A stretch of 64,000 bases of DNA. Origin: a virus. Of the stretch, positions 60,694 through 64,000 are shown piece by piece. The stretch covers positions 1-64,000 of the IMG/VR virus record IMGVR_UViG_3300002243_000002; one strand, 5' to 3'. The position numbers and the translations under genes were made by a program. Every line of letters starts with the position of its first letter. Positions within the stretch are counted from its first letter, which is position 1. The notes beneath the pieces were generated by a model. That model had not been told where the DNA came from. It did not search any database and saw nothing but the letters and a program-made list of their open reading frames with translations.

Positions 60694-61152
60694 CTATCGA
60701 TGTGGGTTGCGAGAGGTTCTCGGATGCGAGCAGGCAGTCAGCCCACATCGCTTGCAGTGGCCAGGAAGCCGCTGAGCCAGCGAGGCGAGCGCCACGCCAT
60801 CGAGCTCCAGCACCGGCGGGAACAACTTGGCGATGCCGTCTCCGGTCTCAGAGAACATCAGGTAGTCTTCCGGGAGTTCCGTCTTAGGAAGCTCGATGAA
60901 CTTGGTGGCAGATTCAAGTCTAATCCGAAACCCAAGCAAGGAAGACCATGCACTGAGCCTGATGCACCCAGTCTCGTCCACGGAAGCGTAGCATCCTACG
61001 TCAGCCGCGTTGATGCAACCAGCTACCTGTGCTGTGTTGGTGCACTTGGAGATGTCGACTCCCTTCCCGTTATAGAAGAACATACCGTTATAGAAGAACA
61101 TACCGTTATAGAAGAACGTACCTCTGTTATAGGAGAACGTATCTGTGGGCAT
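60694..61152 (-). CDS. hypothetical protein with N-terminal FFYNG(M) hexapeptide repeats
   Basis: Start set to the ATG at 61152 (MPTDTFSYNRGTFFYNGMFFYNGMFFYNGKG...), which avoids overlap with the upstream gene ending at 61167. C-terminal CKRCGLTAC. Confidence 0.45.
   Translation of the reverse strand: MPTDTFSYNRGTFFYNGMFFYNGMFFYNGKGVDISKCTNTAQVAGCINAADVGCYASVDETGCIRLSAWSSLLGFRIRLESATKFIELPKTELPEDYLMFSETGDGIAKLFPPVLELDGVALASLAQRLPGHCKRCGLTACSHPRTSRNPHR
61067..61141. repeat. 18-bp tandem repeat, about 4 copies (CCGTTATAGAAGAACATA)
   Basis: Copies at 61067-61084 and 61085-61102 are identical. The third (61103-61120) has one mismatch. The fourth is degenerate with a 3-nt insertion. The repeat is in frame and encodes FFYNGM units. 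Confidence 0.9.
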
Positions 61153-61166
61153 CTTCTTTACTTCCC

Positions 61167-61490
61167 TTACCTGCGACCGCGGATCGCCCAAAGCTTCCGG
61201 AGCGTGCTCGGTCCGGACCGCTTCGCCTTCCGCCCCTTGTCGAGCGGGGCCGGCTGCTTGCGAGCGCGAGCGAGCTTCTGCTGCACCGATTCGTGACCGA
61301 GGAGGGTATCCCGTATTGCCTGGAAGAGGCTCCGCTTCGCGCGAGGTAGCTCGGCTTCGGGGATATTGCCCTGAGCCGTTTCCAGCGCCCTGGCCACGTG
61401 AGCCTTGGCAGAGCGATTGAAGATTTGCCGGCGCTGCTCGGTCTCGAGCGCGTTCTCGTCCAGGTAGGACCTCTTCATTCTCTTCTGCAT
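61167..61490 (-). CDS. small basic hypothetical protein
   Basis: 107 aa and K/R-rich. Directly abuts the upstream stop at 61491. Confidence 0.4.
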   Translation of the reverse strand: MQKRMKRSYLDENALETEQRRQIFNRSAKAHVARALETAQGNIPEAELPRAKRSLFQAIRDTLLGHESVQQKLARARKQPAPLDKGRKAKRSGPSTLRKLWAIRGRR

Positions 61491-62039
61491 CTACCGCCTC
61501 TCGAGATCGGAATCATCGGCGGCCGACCAGCCTGCTGCAGTGGCGAGGGCTTTGTGCTGCACTTCGGTCAGATCGGGACGGAAGTCGTGATCGCCATCGT
61601 GGCCGATCGCGAGCAGGCACTGTGCAGCTTCCGCTGTTGCCTGGCAGCGGGTGGGGTGGGCTTCAAGAATCTCCACCCACGGACTGACCTCCTTGTCGAA
61701 CGCCTCCTTGCGGAGCTTCTCCAGCTGAACGCGGCGACGCTGGTTGAGCTCCAGCTTGCTCTGGAGCTCCTCCGCTTCCTCGTGCAGGAAGACGAGTGCG
61801 CCACGGATGGCTGCAAGCGTAGTGGGAAACCCGCCCCCAACGCCGCCCTCGAAGAGCGGGAGATAGTTGACCTGTCTGAGCGAGAAGGGTCTCGCTTCGT
61901 AGGGACCGAGAGCCCCAAGCTTCTTGTGCTCGAGGTAGACCCGCTTCTCGGTCACCTTGGTCACGGTCGCCTCGCCTTGCTGAGCATCTACGGAATCGAT
62001 CGGAAAGAGAACGGTGTACAGCTTGTCGCCGGGATTCAT
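61491..62039 (-). CDS. hypothetical protein, first gene of the leftward early-type operon
   Basis: The track ORF starts at the TTG at 62114, which coincides with a promoter-like TTGACT-N17-CATAAA (62086-62114, minus strand). The first ATG at 62039 (MNPGDKLYTVLFPIDS...) has GAGAAAGG upstream. Confidence 0.45.
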   Translation of the reverse strand: MNPGDKLYTVLFPIDSVDAQQGEATVTKVTEKRVYLEHKKLGALGPYEARPFSLRQVNYLPLFEGGVGGGFPTTLAAIRGALVFLHEEAEELQSKLELNQRRRVQLEKLRKEAFDKEVSPWVEILEAHPTRCQATAEAAQCLLAIGHDGDHDFRPDLTEVQHKALATAAGWSAADDSDLERR

Positions 62040-62256
62040 TGGTGTTAGGACCTTTCTCTGTTTTTGAGGTTCTGAAGTCTCTCCCTTTATGTACGATGCA
62101 CACATAAAAGTCAATGAATTTTTTCGGGGGCCGACACTTTATTTTCAGAGTTCGGGAGAGGCCCCCTTCATTGGTAGGAGCGGTTCTACTGGTTCAGATA
62201 CCTGGGTTAAGCTGCGAGTGAAATGGGTTCCTGGGTCGAAGCTCCGTTTTTGTACC

Positions 62257-62307
62257 TGGACCATTTTTTTCTATGGACCATTTTTTTCTATGGACCATTT
62301 TTTTCTA
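62257..62307. repeat. three perfect 17-bp tandem direct repeats (TGGACCATTTTTTTCTA), iteron/operator-like
   Basis: Copies at 62257-62273, 62274-62290 and 62291-62307 are identical and are followed by TATATT. They lie in the about 550-nt divergent intergenic region. Confidence 0.95.
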
Positions 62308-62589
62308 TATTTGAGGGGGGTACCTCCTCGCGTCCCGAGAAGGACACCAACCCCCAATTTTACCTACACCCCCCTACAGACTGGGCTAGAGTCGCCACCT
62401 GGCAACTCGAGTGACCAGGCAAAAGCTGGGGTTTGCAGACCCCAAGGTGCGTGGGTTCCTAAACAATTTCGCAGGGTTAGCGTCGACGAAAAAGTTGGCA
62501 AGGAACCTGCAAGGTTTTTTCTGCGAACCTGAGAAGCGCGACTCGGACACCGGGCACCGCGACCTCAGACAGCACAAGGAGCTCTAGCT

Positions 62590-62967
62590 ATGTTCACAGT
62601 CCTTCTCGGTGTTTTCGTTGCTATGAGCGCTGGATACCTGGCGAGAAGCGCCGCGGACTGTGTCCGTGGTGTGCGCGCCAGGCGCCGCGCGCTGTCCTCG
62701 GGTGCTGCGTCTACCCGCCCGTCCTACCGCCCGTCCTACCGCCCGTCCTACCGCCCGTCCTACCCGTTGGACGTTGCGTTTTGGGGGCTCGATGCACTTA
62801 GCGCCCCCCGCGTGATGGACCGCGCAGTGGTGGGGGACGCCGAGGCGGCGGCGTACACCGCCGCCGAGGACATCGCCCGCGAGGAGCGAGCGGCAACCCG
62901 GGCGCGCTTCGCCCCCGAGCCCCGCGGTGGTCGCCTCGGTGACACCGTGGGCATCAGGAGGAGCTAG
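62590..62967 (+). CDS. small membrane-anchored protein with (RPSY)4 repeat
   Basis: AAGGAG lies 9 nt upstream of the ATG at 62590. N-terminal TM FTVLLGVFVAMSAGYLA, followed by RPSYRPSYRPSYRPSY. High local GC makes antisense ORFs likely, so confidence is moderate. Confidence 0.4.
   Translation: MFTVLLGVFVAMSAGYLARSAADCVRGVRARRRALSSGAASTRPSYRPSYRPSYRPSYPLDVAFWGLDALSAPRVMDRAVVGDAEAAAYTAAEDIAREERAATRARFAPEPRGGRLGDTVGIRRS
62716..62763 (+). repeat. four perfect 12-bp tandem repeats (CGCCCGTCCTAC)
   Basis: The 48 nt from 62716 to 62763 are four identical units, in frame, encoding RPSY x4. Confidence 0.95.
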
Positions 62968-62975
62968 CTTCGATG

Positions 62976-63003
62976 GGTATCCATCACGATTGTGATGGAT
63001 ACC
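62976..63003 (+). other. perfect 12-bp stem / 4-nt loop hairpin just after a stop codon
   Basis: GGTATCCATCAC (62976-62987), GATT, GTGATGGATACC (62992-63003). No T-tract follows. A second hairpin, TGGGTAC-TCAG-GTACCCA (63032-63049), abuts the next RBS. Confidence 0.6.
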
Positions 63004-63064
63004 AGTCGGTGCTGGACACCGAGTTAACAACTGGGTACTCAGGTACCCAACAAGGAGAATCACC

Positions 63065-63451
63065 ATGGCAACGAAGCAGACCCCCGAGCAGCTCATCAGC
63101 AACGACATCGCGCTTATGCAGGCCAGGCGTGCGTCCAAGGACTTGAGGTCCGAGCGTATCGAGTACGGCGTATGGGAGGGTGGCATCAAGCTGGCCATCG
63201 CCAGGCGCCTCGCGCCCGAGCAGGCCAAGCAGGAGCACGACCTGGTCCTCGAGAGGGCAGCTATCGTCAGCAAGATGACCCCCACGGCCAAGCGCCGGTT
63301 GAACGATGCCATGGCCGTCCTCGCCGGTGTCAAGGCGACCCCCGAGAAGGACGACGAGTCCGAGCCCAAGACGACCACGAGGCGCACCAAGGCGTCCAAG
63401 TCCGTCCTCGACACCGTGCTGACCGCGAACGATTCCGGTTCGGTGAAGTAG
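63065..63451 (+). CDS. hypothetical helical, charged protein
   Basis: AAGGAG lies 7 nt upstream of the ATG. 128 aa, K/E/A-rich, with a sensible composition. Confidence 0.55.
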   Translation: MATKQTPEQLISNDIALMQARRASKDLRSERIEYGVWEGGIKLAIARRLAPEQAKQEHDLVLERAAIVSKMTPTAKRRLNDAMAVLAGVKATPEKDDESEPKTTTRRTKASKSVLDTVLTANDSGSVK

Positions 63452-63512
63452 CACCATCCTTCCCCCAGATATGGGGCTCGGCTGTCCGAGCCTCACACTG
63501 GAGGAACGACGG

Positions 63513-64000
63513 ATGCTTATCAATCGCAAGCGAGCTCTCGAGATTGGTACCGAGCTAGGTACCAAGCTCCTCGAGATTCGCGCCGAATTACCCAGCGTTT
63601 ACGCTTCCGAGCTCTCCGACGCCTTGCGCGATGCTTCCCGACGAAAGGATGCGCTCTCGCTCTCCCGCTCGGCTCGCGCTCTCGAGGACGTAGCTCAACC
63701 TCGCGAGGTTGAGTGTCTCACCGCTCCAACAGCCTATCGTATTCAGGAGCTTGACTCCGACGGCACGGTCGTCCGCGCCCACCTCGAAACCTGTGGGCGT
63801 GGGATACGCCGCTACCTAGACATCCTCGGAATTCCGGAGGGTCGTATCCCGTCCGTCCGACTCCCCGGGGAGACCGACGATGACTCCCCTTCAGCTGCCG
63901 AGGCCATCTCCGCCCGTCAACTTCGAGCGCGGTCTGCGTCCTCTCAAGCTGTTATCACGGCTCGCAAAGCCACGGAAACCGAGCACGCTCTCGCGCCTCG
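63513..64000 (+). CDS. hypothetical protein, N-terminal part (runs off the right edge)
   Basis: Not in the ORF track (no stop in the window). GGAGGA lies 7 nt upstream of the ATG at 63513. MLINRKRALEIGTELGTKLLEIRAELPSVYASELSDALRDAS... stays open for 162 codons to the end of the window. Confidence 0.5.
   Translation, partial: MLINRKRALEIGTELGTKLLEIRAELPSVYASELSDALRDASRRKDALSLSRSARALEDVAQPREVECLTAPTAYRIQELDSDGTVVRAHLETCGRGIRRYLDILGIPEGRIPSVRLPGETDDDSPSAAEAISARQLRARSASSQAVITARKATETEHALAP

Larger units (their letters stand above)
1..64000. mobile_element. segment of a contractile-tailed phage / prophage genome (virion, glycan-cassette, lysis and early modules)
   Basis: Co-linear portal, HK97-type capsid, sheath, tube, tape measure and baseplate J/I/gp25/spike homologues. 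Also a spanin pair, amidase and many small coupled ORFs. No att sites or integrase are visible, so the boundaries lie outside the window. Confidence 0.85.

Noticed and set aside
62257-62307. Possible CRISPR array. The same question applies to the repeats at 61067 and 62716.
   Set aside because: The repeats are contiguous with no spacers, are only 12-18 bp long, and two of the three arrays are in frame inside ORFs. No cas genes are present.
62223-62414. 63-aa ORF with repeated FF.WTIFFYGPFF peptides.
   Set aside because: It is simply the translation of the 17-bp tandem repeats in the intergenic control region. It has no RBS, and its periodicity (17 nt) is not a multiple of 3.
62115-62580. tRNA or other structured small RNA in the long intergenic region (for example around GGGTTCCTGGGTCGAAGCTCC).
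   Set aside because: I could not build a cloverleaf. There is no GTTCRANYC T-loop consensus with matching acceptor or anticodon stems. A covariance-model scan would be needed to exclude small RNAs.

Overview
This 64-kb window looks like part of a contractile-tailed (myovirus-type) dsDNA phage or prophage. The host is probably Gram-negative, because an overlapped spanin pair is present. All calls come from reading the ORF translations and DNA by eye. No searches were run, so family names are motif-recall hypotheses.

Layout:
(1) 1-38256, minus strand: one tightly packed, translationally coupled virion operon read right to left. Order: portal, head accessory genes, scaffold-like gene, HK97-fold major capsid, neck genes, sheath, tube, a -1 frameshifted chaperone pair, tape measure, tube-fold/LysM/hub/spike proteins, gp25-like, gpJ-like, a four-gene insertion, gpI-like, then a fibre block ending in a 1612-aa LamG-repeat protein.
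(2) 38308-46480, plus strand: a small HTH gene, then a 7.4-kb lower-GC cassette with 5 GT-B glycosyltransferase modules (three fused in one 977-aa protein), 3 SAM methyltransferases and a sulfotransferase.
(3) 46635-49337, minus strand: a lysis-type cassette (membrane proteins, i-spanin and o-spanin) with no endolysin.
(4) 49540-54753, plus strand: amidase, small unknowns, a decayed DNA-methylase remnant, a deoxyribonucleotidase and an SLT transglycosylase.
(5) 54938-62039, minus strand: papain-family C1 peptidase with an acidic partner, many small early-type genes, and a ParB-like protein.
(6) 62040-62589: a divergent control region with three perfect 17-bp tandem repeats.
(7) 62590-64000, plus strand: higher-GC genes.

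No rRNA, tRNA, CRISPR array, integrase or terminase was recognised. The best candidate for an undescribed system is the soluble glycosylation, methylation and sulfation cassette. It has no membrane or export partners, which suggests phage-directed decoration of a cytoplasmic target such as virion proteins. Secondary candidates are the four-gene insertion between the gpJ and gpI homologues, the C1 peptidase with its acidic partner, and small acidic proteins flanking a wHTH gene in the early region.
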